64,000 nucleotides of DNA from Eubacteriales bacterium (GTDB lineage: Bacteria; Bacillota; Clostridia; Oscillospirales; CAG-272), in NCBI GenBank assembly GCA_045645405.1, contig JAZRIQ010000004.1:93372-157371 (forward strand), written 5' to 3'. A model generated the notes under the pieces. The model worked only from the letters and a program-made list of their open reading frames with translations. It was not told where the DNA came from and searched no databases. Position numbers and translations under genes: made by a program. Positions 1 to 9,792 of the stretch are shown piece after piece; positions within the stretch are counted from its first letter, which is position 1, and each line of letters starts with the position of its first letter.

Positions 1-2
1 TT

Positions 3-2438
3 GATAAGATGGGGTATAACGATTATTTTTTGATTGTTTGGGATTTTATAAGCTTTGCAAAAAATAATAATATTCCGGTTGGGCCAGGTAGAGGTTCAGG
101 TGCAGGTAGCCTTGTTGCTTTTTTACTTGGAATTACTGACATAGATTCGATTAAATATGATCTTTTGTTCGAACGTTTCTTAAATATAGAGCGAGTAAGT
201 ATGCCTGATATTGATACTGATTTTTGCTATGAGAGACGTGATGAGGTTATCGAATATGTTAAGCAAAAATACGGCACCGACCATGTATCACAAATAGTTA
301 CTTTTGGAACAATGGCGGCAAAGGCTGCTGTACGAGATGTAGGAAAAGCTCTTGAGGTCCCATTTAACGATATCGATAATGTTTCCAAGTTGATATCGTC
401 AAAACCAAATGCGTCCATCAAAGAGTGCCTTACAGAAAACTCGGAATTAAGAAGGCTTTATAATAACGATGTTAAAATAAATAAAATGCTTGATACAGCT
501 ATGCAGTTAGAGGGAATGCCTCGTCATGCGTCGACTCATGCAGCAGGAGTTGTAATTACAGATAAGCCTATTGTTGAATATTTACCTTTATCAACAAATG
601 GTGGAGTTGTTGTAACACAGTATGATATGGACACCGTTGCAAAGCTCGGACTACTTAAATTCGACTTTTTAGCTTTGCGATATTTAACAATAATTTCCGA
701 TACAGAAAAATTAATAAAACAAACCGATAGTAACTTTTCAATTGAAAAAATCCCAATTGATGACGATAAAACGTTTAAATTTATCTCTTCCGGTAAAACA
801 GAAGGTGTGTTTCAGCTTGAATCTGCAGGAATGCGCCAAGTTTTGACAAAGCTACAACCGGAAACTATTGACGATATAATTGCTTGTATTGCATTGTATC
901 GCCCCGGCCCTATGGATTCTATACCTACGTATATTGAAAGACGTCATAATAAATCTAAAATTAAGTATAAAACACCGTTACTTGAGCCGATTTTACGAAC
1001 GACTTACGGCTGTATTGTTTATCAAGAACAAGTAATGCAGATATTTAGCAAAATAGCAGGATATTCTTACGGTAAAGCTGACATTGTAAGACGTGCTATG
1101 TCCAAGAAGAAAGAAGAGGAAATGAAAAAAGAGCACGATGTTTTCATTTCCGGTGCTGTAAATAATGGTGTTGATGAGAAGATTGCAAATGAATTGTTTG
1201 AAGAAATGGAAAGCTTTGCAAAATACGCCTTCAATAAATCGCATGCGGCTGCTTATGCATTGATTTCTTATAGAACTGCGTACTTGAAGGCAAGATACCC
1301 AAAGGAATATTATGCATCTTTAATAACGTCTGTTTTAGGCACTACCGATAAAATGACAGAATATATCGATGAGTGTTCGAGATTAGGTATAAAAATTGTT
1401 CATCCTGACGTCAACTTTAGTCACACGAGCTTTTCTGTTGATAACGGAAATATTAGATTTGGTTTGTTAGCTTTAAAAGGAGTGGGCAGAAGTCTTATAA
1501 ATTCTATTATTAAAGAACGTGAAAAAAACGGTAAATATGTTAGCTTTGAAGACTTTTTGTACCGTTTAAGAGAAGCCGATATAAATAAAAAACAAATTGA
1601 AGCACTTATAAAAGTCGGTGCATTTACTTCGCTTAAAAAAAGTCGTTCACAACTATTGAAGATATATGAATATGCTGTTGATAGCGCAATAAGTATATCA
1701 AGGTCAACAAAAGACGGACAGTTGGATATGACATCTTTAATGGCAGAGGAAGATATTAAGGAAGCAGGTATTAAAATTTCATATCCCGATATAAAGGAGT
1801 TTGAAATAAATGAACTTTTGCTTATGGAAAAAGATATTTCAGGTTTCTTTTTTTCGGGCCATATTTTAGATTCGTACAGTAAGAATTTAAATGAAATTAA
1901 ACCTAAATCAATATTATCGGTTGTGAATGATTGTAAAGATAAAGATAGGGTTAATATTGCAGGAATAATAACAGGACGAGTTATTAAAAAAACTAAAAAT
2001 GATGACAGTATGGCATTTGTCAAGATTGAAGATGACGGCGGTGAAATTGAAATTATTGTTTTTCCAAAACAATATTTGAAATTTAGTGATATTTTATCGG
2101 TTGGTAAGGTTATATCTATAAAAGGCACGGTATCAATAAAAGATGAAGAACCTAAAAAGATTATAATGGAATCCGGAGAAATAATTTTAAATAATGATTC
2201 TTATGTAATAAAAAATAATACTAAAAGGCTTTATCTCAAGGTTGATACTGTAAAATCAAAAATAGTTTCAGACATTATTGAATTGCTGAAAGAATTTAAA
2301 GGTGATACTGAAGTAGTGTTTTATGATTCATCTGATAAAAAATATGTTAAATCAAATGATATTAAAATTGATACAGATGAAAATGTAATTTCTGCATTAA
2401 AAATGCTGCTTGGTGAAAATAACGTGATTTTAAAATGA
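3..2438 (+). CDS. dnaE: DNA polymerase III alpha subunit DnaE (N-terminal PHP region lies upstream of the window)
   Basis: GPGRGSGAGS, SMPDIDTDF, HAAGVVI, LYRPGPM and FAKYAFNKSHAAAY motifs, C-terminal OB fold; frame is open to the window start. Confidence 0.97.
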   Translation, partial: DKMGYNDYFLIVWDFISFAKNNNIPVGPGRGSGAGSLVAFLLGITDIDSIKYDLLFERFLNIERVSMPDIDTDFCYERRDEVIEYVKQKYGTDHVSQIVTFGTMAAKAAVRDVGKALEVPFNDIDNVSKLISSKPNASIKECLTENSELRRLYNNDVKINKMLDTAMQLEGMPRHASTHAAGVVITDKPIVEYLPLSTNGGVVVTQYDMDTVAKLGLLKFDFLALRYLTIISDTEKLIKQTDSNFSIEKIPIDDDKTFKFISSGKTEGVFQLESAGMRQVLTKLQPETIDDIIACIALYRPGPMDSIPTYIERRHNKSKIKYKTPLLEPILRTTYGCIVYQEQVMQIFSKIAGYSYGKADIVRRAMSKKKEEEMKKEHDVFISGAVNNGVDEKIANELFEEMESFAKYAFNKSHAAAYALISYRTAYLKARYPKEYYASLITSVLGTTDKMTEYIDECSRLGIKIVHPDVNFSHTSFSVDNGNIRFGLLALKGVGRSLINSIIKEREKNGKYVSFEDFLYRLREADINKKQIEALIKVGAFTSLKKSRSQLLKIYEYAVDSAISISRSTKDGQLDMTSLMAEEDIKEAGIKISYPDIKEFEINELLLMEKDISGFFFSGHILDSYSKNLNEIKPKSILSVVNDCKDKDRVNIAGIITGRVIKKTKNDDSMAFVKIEDDGGEIEIIVFPKQYLKFSDILSVGKVISIKGTVSIKDEEPKKIIMESGEIILNNDSYVIKNNTKRLYLKVDTVKSKIVSDIIELLKEFKGDTEVVFYDSSDKKYVKSNDIKIDTDENVISALKMLLGENNVILK

Positions 2439-2538
2439 ATTGTGCCATAATATAAGAAATATCCCCTTCTCTTAATTATATAAAATTTGTATTTTGTATA
2501 ATTAGGCATGTATGTTTTGTAACATCTATATAATTTAT

Positions 2539-2565
2539 GCTCGTGTTTATTTATTAAACACGAGC
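2539..2565. terminator. Hairpin between convergent dnaE and spoIIID
   Basis: GCTCGTGTTTA-tttat-TAAACACGAGC, perfect 11-bp stem overlapping the spoIIID stop. Confidence 0.6.
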
Positions 2566-2819
2566 TTTGCATTTTGATATTTTAGTTTAGTTGCTTCACC
2601 ACCTCTTAGATGGCGCTCCTTTTTATTTATTTCCAAAATTTCATTTACTTTATAATAAAGCGGATAATTGATTTTAGAGAGCTTTTCAGTAACATCCTTG
2701 TGAACGGTTGATTTACTTATGCCAAATTTTTTTGCTGTTTCTCTTACAGTTGTTTTATTCTCTATTATATATGTAGCAAGTTTTTCACATCTTTCTTTGT
2801 TTGAGTTAAAATATACCAT
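2547..2819 (-). CDS. spoIIID: Sporulation transcription factor SpoIIID
   Basis: YIIENKTTVRETAKKFGISKSTVHKDVTE...NKKERHLRGGEATKLKY signature. Confidence 0.96.
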   Translation of the reverse strand: MVYFNSNKERCEKLATYIIENKTTVRETAKKFGISKSTVHKDVTEKLSKINYPLYYKVNEILEINKKERHLRGGEATKLKYQNAKLVFNK

Positions 2820-2847
2820 AATTTCTCCAAATTTAAATTGTGGTATA

Positions 2848-2876
2848 AATATATGAAAAGAACCGCATTTTTATGC
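2848..2876 (-). promoter_or_regulatory. sigmaE-type promoter of spoIIID
   Basis: GCATAAA-N14-CATATATT on the minus strand; spoIIID is a known sigmaE target. Confidence 0.6.
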
Positions 2877-2883
2877 GGTTCTT
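2858..2883 (-). terminator. Intrinsic terminator of galE-galM
   Basis: AAGAACCGCAT-tttt-ATGCGGTTCTT perfect stem just after the galM stop. Confidence 0.75.
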
Positions 2884-2889
2884 CATAAT

Positions 2890-3942
2890 TTAGTATTCGA
2901 ATTTAAAAATGGTTGTGTAATCGTAAAGCTCACCGGGATTTAATTCTGTACTCTTAAAATTTGAATGATTAGGAGCATCAGGGCTATGCTGAGTTTCGAG
3001 ACAAACTGCACATCTCTTTTTTTGAGGAAAATTCGCCTTAAATGGTGATTCATTTTCATTTATACAATTTGCGCAGTAAACTTGTACACAGGGTTGGTTT
3101 GTAAATACCTTCATTACTCTTTCGCTATTGGTATCCTTAAGCGTTGCTATATGCTTAACTGTACCGTCACAATTCAAAATAAAGTTATGATCGTAACCTT
3201 GACCAAGCTTTAATAATTCATCATTATTATCAATATCTTTACCGATTAGTTTTTCTTTTCTGAAATCAAAAGGTGTGTTCTCTACAAAAATATCTTTTCC
3301 GGTTGGTATCAGTTCGTTATCAACCTCTGAAACCTTATCTGCATCAATCCACAGGCTATGGTTCTCTATTCTGCCAGAATTATATCCGCCAAGATTGAAA
3401 TATGCATGATTGGTAAGATTTAAAACTGTCTTTTTATCAGTAACTGCTTTATAGTTAATTGCAAATACATTTTCATTATCAAACGTATATAATACCTTAA
3501 CCTTTAAGTTACCAGGGTACCCCTCTTCCATATCAGGGGAAACATAATTAAATTCAAGATACATAGTGTTGCCGATTTCCCAAGCGAGCGCATCCCAAAT
3601 TTTTTTATCAAAGCCTTCTTTTCCTCCGTGCAGATGATTTTTCTTTTCATTATTGAATAGATTATATTCTACACTATCAAGCACAAAGCGCGAGTTTTTA
3701 ATTCTATTTCCGTATCTACCGATAATAGCACCTTGATAACCACTATTATTTATGTAAGATTCCACGTTATCATAACCGCAAACAACATCAGCTAAATTAC
3801 CGTTTTTATCCGGGACGTTTATTGATACTATTGTTGCACCTAAGGTAATGATTTTAACAGAAGCTCCTGAGGCATTTTTTAAATTATAAGCAAATACTTC
3901 TCTGCCATCATCCAATTTTCCAAATAATTCTTTAATTATCAT
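2890..3942 (-). CDS. galM: Aldose 1-epimerase (galactose mutarotase)
   Basis: GRYGNRI, NHLHGG, NLTNHAYFNL, GYDHNF, CLETQH motifs. Confidence 0.95.
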   Translation of the reverse strand: MIIKELFGKLDDGREVFAYNLKNASGASVKIITLGATIVSINVPDKNGNLADVVCGYDNVESYINNSGYQGAIIGRYGNRIKNSRFVLDSVEYNLFNNEKKNHLHGGKEGFDKKIWDALAWEIGNTMYLEFNYVSPDMEEGYPGNLKVKVLYTFDNENVFAINYKAVTDKKTVLNLTNHAYFNLGGYNSGRIENHSLWIDADKVSEVDNELIPTGKDIFVENTPFDFRKEKLIGKDIDNNDELLKLGQGYDHNFILNCDGTVKHIATLKDTNSERVMKVFTNQPCVQVYCANCINENESPFKANFPQKKRCAVCLETQHSPDAPNHSNFKSTELNPGELYDYTTIFKFEY

Positions 3943-3944
3943 AT

Positions 3945-4958
3945 TTATTCTCCAAATCCATCAGGATTTTTCATTTGCCAATTAGCGGCATCCAAACACA
4001 TCTTGTCAATGTCATAAACAGCTTTCCAACCCAAAATTTCTGATGCCTTTGTCGGATCGGCATAGCATTCATCAATATCTCCGGGGCGTCTGTCGCAAAT
4101 TACGTATTTAATTTCATGTCCAATGGCTTTTTCAAAAGCGTGAATAACGTCAAGAACAGAATATCCGTTTCCTGTACCGATATTAAAGTGTTCTACACCT
4201 TTTACCTGTGCCGCTCTGTCAAGTGCCTTTAAATGAGCGTTAGCGAGGTCAACGACATGAATGTAATCACGTACTCCGGTTCCGTCGTGCGTTGCGTAGT
4301 CGCTGCCGTATACATTTACATGATCATACTTTCCGAAAGCAACCTTAGCAACGTAAGGTAATAGATTATTTGGAATTCCCTTGGGATCCTCGCCAATTAA
4401 ACCGCTCTCGTGAGCACCAATTGGATTAAAATATCTTAAAATAGAAATACTCCATTCAGGATCTGATACATATATATCTGAAAGTATTCTTTCTATCATC
4501 AGCTTAGTTTCACCGTAAGGATTTGTTGTGGATAAAGGAAAATTTTCATTTATCGGTACAGATTCGGGCTTGCCGTAAACGGTAGCAGATGAAGAAAATA
4601 CAATTTTTTTACAATTATGTTCAGACATAACCTTACATAGATTAAGAGTACCTGTAATGTTGTTGTGATAGTACCACATTGGTTTTGCTACGCTTTCACC
4701 AACTGCTTTTAAACCTGCAAAATGAATAACAGAATCAATGGTATTTTCATTAAATACTTTTTCGACATCTTCGATGTTTAATAAATCAGCTTTATAAAAT
4801 TTAACTTTCTTTCCTGTAATCGTTTTAATTCTATCAAGAACACATTCCTTGGAATTACATAGATTGTCAAGAACAATCACCTCATTACCATTATTCAAAA
4901 GCTGTACTACAGTGTGTGAGCCAATAAAGCCGGTTCCGCCTGTTACCAAAATAGACAT
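3945..4958 (-). CDS. galE: UDP-glucose 4-epimerase
   Basis: ILVTGGTGFIGSHT, HFAGLKAVGES, FSSSATVYG, PYGETK, LRYFNPIGAH, DGTGVRDYIHV. Confidence 0.97.
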   Translation of the reverse strand: MSILVTGGTGFIGSHTVVQLLNNGNEVIVLDNLCNSKECVLDRIKTITGKKVKFYKADLLNIEDVEKVFNENTIDSVIHFAGLKAVGESVAKPMWYYHNNITGTLNLCKVMSEHNCKKIVFSSSATVYGKPESVPINENFPLSTTNPYGETKLMIERILSDIYVSDPEWSISILRYFNPIGAHESGLIGEDPKGIPNNLLPYVAKVAFGKYDHVNVYGSDYATHDGTGVRDYIHVVDLANAHLKALDRAAQVKGVEHFNIGTGNGYSVLDVIHAFEKAIGHEIKYVICDRRPGDIDECYADPTKASEILGWKAVYDIDKMCLDAANWQMKNPDGFGE

Positions 4959-5035
4959 AATAAATCTCCTTAATTAACTATTACAAATATAATATACTAT
5001 TTATTAAAAAAAATCAAGTGATTTATTCAAATATG

Positions 5036-5089
5036 TTGACATTTATTATTATATATGCTAAAATAAGTGTATCAAATGAGACACTTATT
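5036..5089 (+). promoter_or_regulatory. sigmaA promoter with an overlapping 28-bp palindromic operator
   Basis: TTGACA(5036)-N17-TAAAAT(5059) with TG extension; AATAAGTGT-ATCAAATGAG-ACACTTATT palindrome at 5062-5089. Confidence 0.75.
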
Positions 5090-5105
5090 AAGAGCTGGTG
5101 TAATT

Positions 5106-5735
5106 ATGGATGTTAAGCAATTTTTGCAGAATAATTTGTTTCTTTTCAAAAATTTAACTAATACAGAAATTGATAAATTGCTGTCTTTTGAAGGAATAAA
5201 TATAAAACAATTTAATCAAGGAGAAATATTGCAAAGCAACAAAACTCCTTGCAATATCGGTGTTTTGGTTGAAGGTAAGGCTGTAATAAAATCAGGAAAC
5301 AATGGTGTTATTATCAGAAAACTAGTCAAAAATGACGTTTATGGGGCAGCAGGATTATTTGATACTCCAACGCATTTAACTTCCGTTGTTGCTGTAACGG
5401 ATTGCACCGTTATAACAATGAACAAAAATTACATTAAAAAATGTATTCAAGAAAATGAAAAAGTTTCCTTTAATTATATTGAATTTTTGGCAAAAAAAGT
5501 TAGTTTTTTGAATAAAAAAATCAACACCTATACTGCAAAGTGCGCTGAAGATAAGCTTTATGCATATCTATTGCAAATTTCTAATAATAACGAAGTTAAA
5601 TTAACTGTTGATATGAGTACAATTGCAAAGATGTTAGGAATCGGAAGGGCTTCTCTATATCGAGCGTTTGATAAGCTTGAGCAAGCAGGAATAATTATAA
5701 AAAATGATAAAATAATATTTTTAAACGAGGTATAA
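5106..5735 (+). CDS. Crp/Fnr family transcriptional regulator
   Basis: cNMP-binding-like beta-barrel followed by C-terminal HTH (IAKMLGIGRASLYRAF); ATG at 5106 follows a GGTG SD. Confidence 0.88.
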   Translation: MDVKQFLQNNLFLFKNLTNTEIDKLLSFEGINIKQFNQGEILQSNKTPCNIGVLVEGKAVIKSGNNGVIIRKLVKNDVYGAAGLFDTPTHLTSVVAVTDCTVITMNKNYIKKCIQENEKVSFNYIEFLAKKVSFLNKKINTYTAKCAEDKLYAYLLQISNNNEVKLTVDMSTIAKMLGIGRASLYRAFDKLEQAGIIIKNDKIIFLNEV

Positions 5736-5738
5736 ATT

Positions 5739-6713
5739 ATGAAGAAAATTTTATCTATTTCATTGGTCATTCTAATAACAATTTCACTATTTGCTTTTAC
5801 GTCGTGTAATAATAAAAAAACAGATGATAAAATTAACGTTATTACATTGAATGGTACAACGGGTTTTGGTATGGCTCATTTAATGAAAGAAAGCTCATTG
5901 GGTAATACTGCAAACAAATATGAGTTTACCGTAGAAACAGATCCTAGCTTGGTAATGGCAGGATTGATTAATGGTACTTATGATATTGCTGCTCTTCCAA
6001 CAAATGCTGCTGCAAACCTTTATAATAAATCAAATGGTAAAGTGCAAGTAATCGCAATAAACACATTGGGCGTTCTCTATTTGGTTACAAATAATATTGA
6101 TGTTAACAGTATGTCTGAACTTGAAGGTAAAACTATATACTGTCCGGCTCAAAATCCAACGTTTATTACAAACTATATAATCGACAAAAATGGTATAAAG
6201 GATAAAATAACCGTTGATTCTAGTACTTATGCAACGGCAGAAGCTCTTCGCACCGCTGTAATTGCAGGTACAGTAGATTATGCAGTTTTACCTGAGCCTA
6301 TGGTAACTATAGCTACAAATGCAAATACCAACTTGAAAAAAACATTAGATTTTACTGAAGAATGGAATAAAATTTCCAACGGCGAACAGCTCGTTCAAGG
6401 ATGTGTTGTTGTAAGAAAGGAATTTGCAAATCAATATCCCGGTAGCGTTAAAGAATTTTTAAAGGAATACAAATCTTCAATAGAAAAAACAAATGAAGAT
6501 ACCGATGTCGCAGGTTTGTTAGTAAAGGAATTTGGAATATTTGGCGGTGATAGTAAAGTAGCTAGTAAAGCTATACCAAATTGCAATATTAAATATTTAG
6601 ACGGAAAAGATATGAAAAATGCTATGTCTAATTTTCTTGAGGCAATGTATTCCGTTGCACCTAATAGTATAGGAAACGCTCTTCCGGGCGGTGATTTCTA
6701 CTATGGAAACTAA
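5739..6713 (+). CDS. ABC transporter substrate-binding lipoprotein, NitT/TauT family
   Basis: Lipobox FTSC; GTTGFGM, DIAALPTNAAANLYNK, AVLPEP motifs; adjacent permease and ATPase. Confidence 0.88.
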   Translation: MKKILSISLVILITISLFAFTSCNNKKTDDKINVITLNGTTGFGMAHLMKESSLGNTANKYEFTVETDPSLVMAGLINGTYDIAALPTNAAANLYNKSNGKVQVIAINTLGVLYLVTNNIDVNSMSELEGKTIYCPAQNPTFITNYIIDKNGIKDKITVDSSTYATAEALRTAVIAGTVDYAVLPEPMVTIATNANTNLKKTLDFTEEWNKISNGEQLVQGCVVVRKEFANQYPGSVKEFLKEYKSSIEKTNEDTDVAGLLVKEFGIFGGDSKVASKAIPNCNIKYLDGKDMKNAMSNFLEAMYSVAPNSIGNALPGGDFYYGN

Positions 6714-7500
6714 AAACAGACTTCATAAAATATTTAAAATATTACTAATCACAGCGTTTTGGTTGGGAATTTGGTGGTTATTATCATACATAATAGGATT
6801 CCCGGAGCTTTTTCCAAATCCCGCAAGCGTTGTTTTAAAACTTACCGAGTTAATCTTTACGGCAAGCTTTTGGAAAATTACATTTCTTTCTTTAATCAGA
6901 GTCGGATTAGGTATAATAATAGCGATTGTTTTAGGCTGTATTATGGGCCTGTTGTGTTCATTTTCTAAAATTATTTACGATTTTGTATTACCATTTGTGA
7001 CAGTCATAAAATCTACCCCTGTTGCATCATTTATTATCTTGATATGGATATTTATCGGTAATAATATTACGCCTATTGTCATTAGCGCTTTGATGGTGTT
7101 CCCTATTGTATTTTCTAATATTTATAAGGGAATAGAAAGTATTGATAAAGATTTAATTGAAGTTTGTAAAATTTATAAAATTCCTTTCAGGCAAAAAATT
7201 TCCGCATTATATGCACCGTCACTTTTATCATATTTTACCTCTGCGCTTCTTTCTTCAATAGGTCTTGGATGGAAAGCAGGAATTGCAGCAGAAGTTCTTT
7301 GTACTCCAAAAAATTCAATAGGCTCAGAATTATTTAACGGAAAATTATATTTTAACAATATTGATGTTTTTGCATGGACGATAACAGTAATCGTAATTAG
7401 CTTAATATTTGAAATTTTTGTTACAAATCTATTGAAATATTTATTAGGCAAATATATTAAATCAAGTGGAGGCGCTGATGATTACAATAAACAATCTTAG
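6703..7500 (+). CDS. ABC transporter permease, NitT/TauT family
   Basis: About 6 TM segments, KSTPVASF, EAA-like loop, GLGWKAGIAAEVL. Confidence 0.9.
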   Translation: METKNRLHKIFKILLITAFWLGIWWLLSYIIGFPELFPNPASVVLKLTELIFTASFWKITFLSLIRVGLGIIIAIVLGCIMGLLCSFSKIIYDFVLPFVTVIKSTPVASFIILIWIFIGNNITPIVISALMVFPIVFSNIYKGIESIDKDLIEVCKIYKIPFRQKISALYAPSLLSYFTSALLSSIGLGWKAGIAAEVLCTPKNSIGSELFNGKLYFNNIDVFAWTITVIVISLIFEIFVTNLLKYLLGKYIKSSGGADDYNKQS

Positions 7501-8038
7501 TAAATCCTTTGGAAACAAGATCATTTTTAAAAATTTTACCGTTAATATTACCAAAAATAAAGTAACTGTAATAAAGGGCGAAAGCGGTAGCGGTAAAACC
7601 ACTCTTGCACGAATAATTGCAGGTCTTGACAATGATTATACTGGGGAAATTACTAAGAAAAGTACAAAATTAAGTTATGTTTTTCAAGAACCTCGACTTT
7701 TTGATGCGATTACTGTAAAACAAAACTTAGAAATTGTTGAAAACAATTCTTTACTTTCTGTCAATGAGCTTTTATCAATAGTTGAGTTAGATAATGATAT
7801 AAATACATATCCACGTGAGCTTTCTGGTGGTATGAAAATGCGTTTATCAATCGCCAGGGCTATTAGATACAATGGAGATGTATTTATAATGGACGAACCG
7901 TTCTCTGCCCTGGATAATGATATGAAAAAGAGATTGATTCCTAAAATAATGAGCTTACTTAAAAATAAAACGGTAATAGTGATTTCTCATGATATTTCAG
8001 AGTTAAATAAGTATGTAGATAACGTTTTGGAACTATAA
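7478..8038 (+). CDS. ABC transporter ATP-binding protein
   Basis: Walker A GESGSGKTT, LSGGM signature, Walker B IMDEPFSALD, ISHD; GGAGG SD before ATG 7478. Confidence 0.93.
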   Translation: MITINNLSKSFGNKIIFKNFTVNITKNKVTVIKGESGSGKTTLARIIAGLDNDYTGEITKKSTKLSYVFQEPRLFDAITVKQNLEIVENNSLLSVNELLSIVELDNDINTYPRELSGGMKMRLSIARAIRYNGDVFIMDEPFSALDNDMKKRLIPKIMSLLKNKTVIVISHDISELNKYVDNVLEL

Positions 8039-8041
8039 AAT

Positions 8042-8100
8042 AACGGCAGAGCGAATATTTCAACTCGACTTGAACGAGTTGAAATATAAACTCTGCCATT
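8042..8100. terminator. Long bipartite hairpin between convergent genes (probable bidirectional terminator)
   Basis: Outer GGCAGAG/CTCTGCC stem plus inner 13-bp ATATTTCAACTCG/CGAGTTGAAATAT stem. Confidence 0.6.
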
Positions 8101-8111
8101 TATTATTTTAA

Positions 8112-8951
8112 TTATTTACATCCACATCCGCCGCTATCTTTATTTGCACCTATTCCACAACCAAAGCCTTGTGGTACATAAGGTGAAAATTCATTTACCG
8201 GAAATGTCATAGTTCTAAAAAGTGTACACGGATCATTTTCAGAAGCGGTAATACATTCCTTGTCAGGGATATTATATTCGATTGCATTTACCAACAGTTG
8301 AACCGGACGCTCAATTTTAACTACTGAAAAGAATCCTAACGAAACAACCAGAGCTTTATCGTCGCGGTCACATAGTCTGCCATTAAATTTGCATTTAACA
8401 TGCTCAGGTATATCATCAACACAACAACAGCAACAAATGCTATTATGATGTGGTTCAATTACCTTGACGTTTAAAACAATAGGATCTACTGTTTCAAATA
8501 CGGCGATTGGTAAATTGTTTGTTTTAGTAGAATCACAGTTATTTGTGTTACAAAATCCCGTTCCGTTTAATTCACTTTTGAATACGTTAACATTTCCTTC
8601 GCTTCCAAAAAGAATTACCTTTTTTTCTACGACTGCGACACCTTCAAATTCCTGCATATTTCCATGACAAATACAAGCTTCAAAGATAATTTTTGTATAA
8701 ATTTTTATGTTAAGTTGATAAAATCCTCTATTAAAAGGAACATCAATTACATCAATATAAGATGACATTATTTTTGCACATTTTGCTCTGATTGTAGATG
8801 TGCGTTCGATAATCTCCTCTCCGAAATCCGTTAAATAAACCTTAACATTTTCGTAGCAATCCTTATCTCTACAGGAATCAAGTACCCTGTAAGTGTCTAT
8901 ACAGATATTTTCTTTTTGATGAGGATTTGAACAATTTTTGTTATCCAGCAT
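8112..8951 (-). CDS. Cys-rich hypothetical protein, probably sporulation/spore-surface associated
   Basis: AGGAGG SD before ATG 8951; CIDTYRVLDSCRDKDC N-terminal motif, CCCCC run, GCG-rich tail. Confidence 0.7.
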   Translation of the reverse strand: MLDNKNCSNPHQKENICIDTYRVLDSCRDKDCYENVKVYLTDFGEEIIERTSTIRAKCAKIMSSYIDVIDVPFNRGFYQLNIKIYTKIIFEACICHGNMQEFEGVAVVEKKVILFGSEGNVNVFKSELNGTGFCNTNNCDSTKTNNLPIAVFETVDPIVLNVKVIEPHHNSICCCCCVDDIPEHVKCKFNGRLCDRDDKALVVSLGFFSVVKIERPVQLLVNAIEYNIPDKECITASENDPCTLFRTMTFPVNEFSPYVPQGFGCGIGANKDSGGCGCK

Positions 8952-9058
8952 AGGTGTTATCCTCCTGTAAAATTGAAGACTATTTTGTCGCCTTCTGTTA
9001 TATCTTATGCCATTAAAAAAAATTTGTTCTATTGTCATAAATATTTCTGAAAAATCAA

Positions 9059-9081
9059 CGCCCGACAGAAACTGTCGGGCG
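9059..9081 (-). terminator. Intrinsic terminator
   Basis: CGCCCGACAG-aaa-CTGTCGGGCG perfect stem. Confidence 0.75.
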
Positions 9082-9237
9082 GAATTTTATGATATAATCT
9101 TGTGATTCTTCATATCGAGTATTTCAAACAAATTTAAGGTTAAGCTACCTTTAAGCAAATTTCGATAATGAATTCTAAATATCAACTGTTGAGGTTAAAT
9201 CAAAATAGTACATTGGTCCATACCTCTCTATTTAAAA

Positions 9238-9645
9238 TTAAAGATATTTTTTGATATTTTCAGTAGCGTCTTCTACAGGCATTGACAATGTCATTACTAA
9301 GTTGACGTCGAACTTAGAAACGAGTTGATCGATTTCGGTTAAGAAATTGTCAAATGCTTCAACATTTCTTTGACAAATTCTGAAAGTTGCATCAATAAAC
9401 AAGTCTGTAATATCATGGTTGCTTGCTAACAATCCTGCAATGAAACCGTAAAGCTCTTGAGCATCGTTCACCATATACTCATCAGAATTTATTAGTCTGC
9501 ATTTGTGACTAAGTGTGAGTCTGAGATTTTCACCCTTCTCAATGCATACAACAGAGCCGTTTGAGCTCTCAAGTGCAGAGTTAATCATCTCGATGAGAAT
9601 TTTTGTTTTACCTGTGCCTTTCACACCAATAATAATTTTTACCAT
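9238..9645 (-). CDS. Small P-loop-like conserved clostridial protein
   Basis: GGAGG SD; N-terminal IIGVKGTGKT Walker A-like motif, FIAGLLASNHDITDLFID. Confidence 0.75.
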   Translation of the reverse strand: MVKIIIGVKGTGKTKILIEMINSALESSNGSVVCIEKGENLRLTLSHKCRLINSDEYMVNDAQELYGFIAGLLASNHDITDLFIDATFRICQRNVEAFDNFLTEIDQLVSKFDVNLVMTLSMPVEDATENIKKYL

Positions 9646-9763
9646 ATTATTGTCCTCCACAATATACTTTTTCTTTCTGTCTAAATTATACACTATATTT
9701 CAAAAAAAATCAATAGTTTTAGTGAAAATAGCTAAATTTTTTTAAAAAATTCTAAAAAAGAAA

Positions 9764-9787
9764 AAAAGAGCAAAAATTTGCTCTTTT
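9764..9787 (-). terminator. Intrinsic terminator of pgi
   Basis: AAAAGAGCAAA/TTTGCTCTTTT stem with U-tract on the minus strand. Confidence 0.65.
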
Positions 9788-9792
9788 AATCA

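Noticed and set aside
1421-2128. Long antisense ORFs (235 aa here; also 37450-38244, 53913-54512, 55865-56407, 13617-14126)
   Set aside because: They lie opposite well-recognised genes, with no SD or motif that I could see; typical codon-bias shadows.
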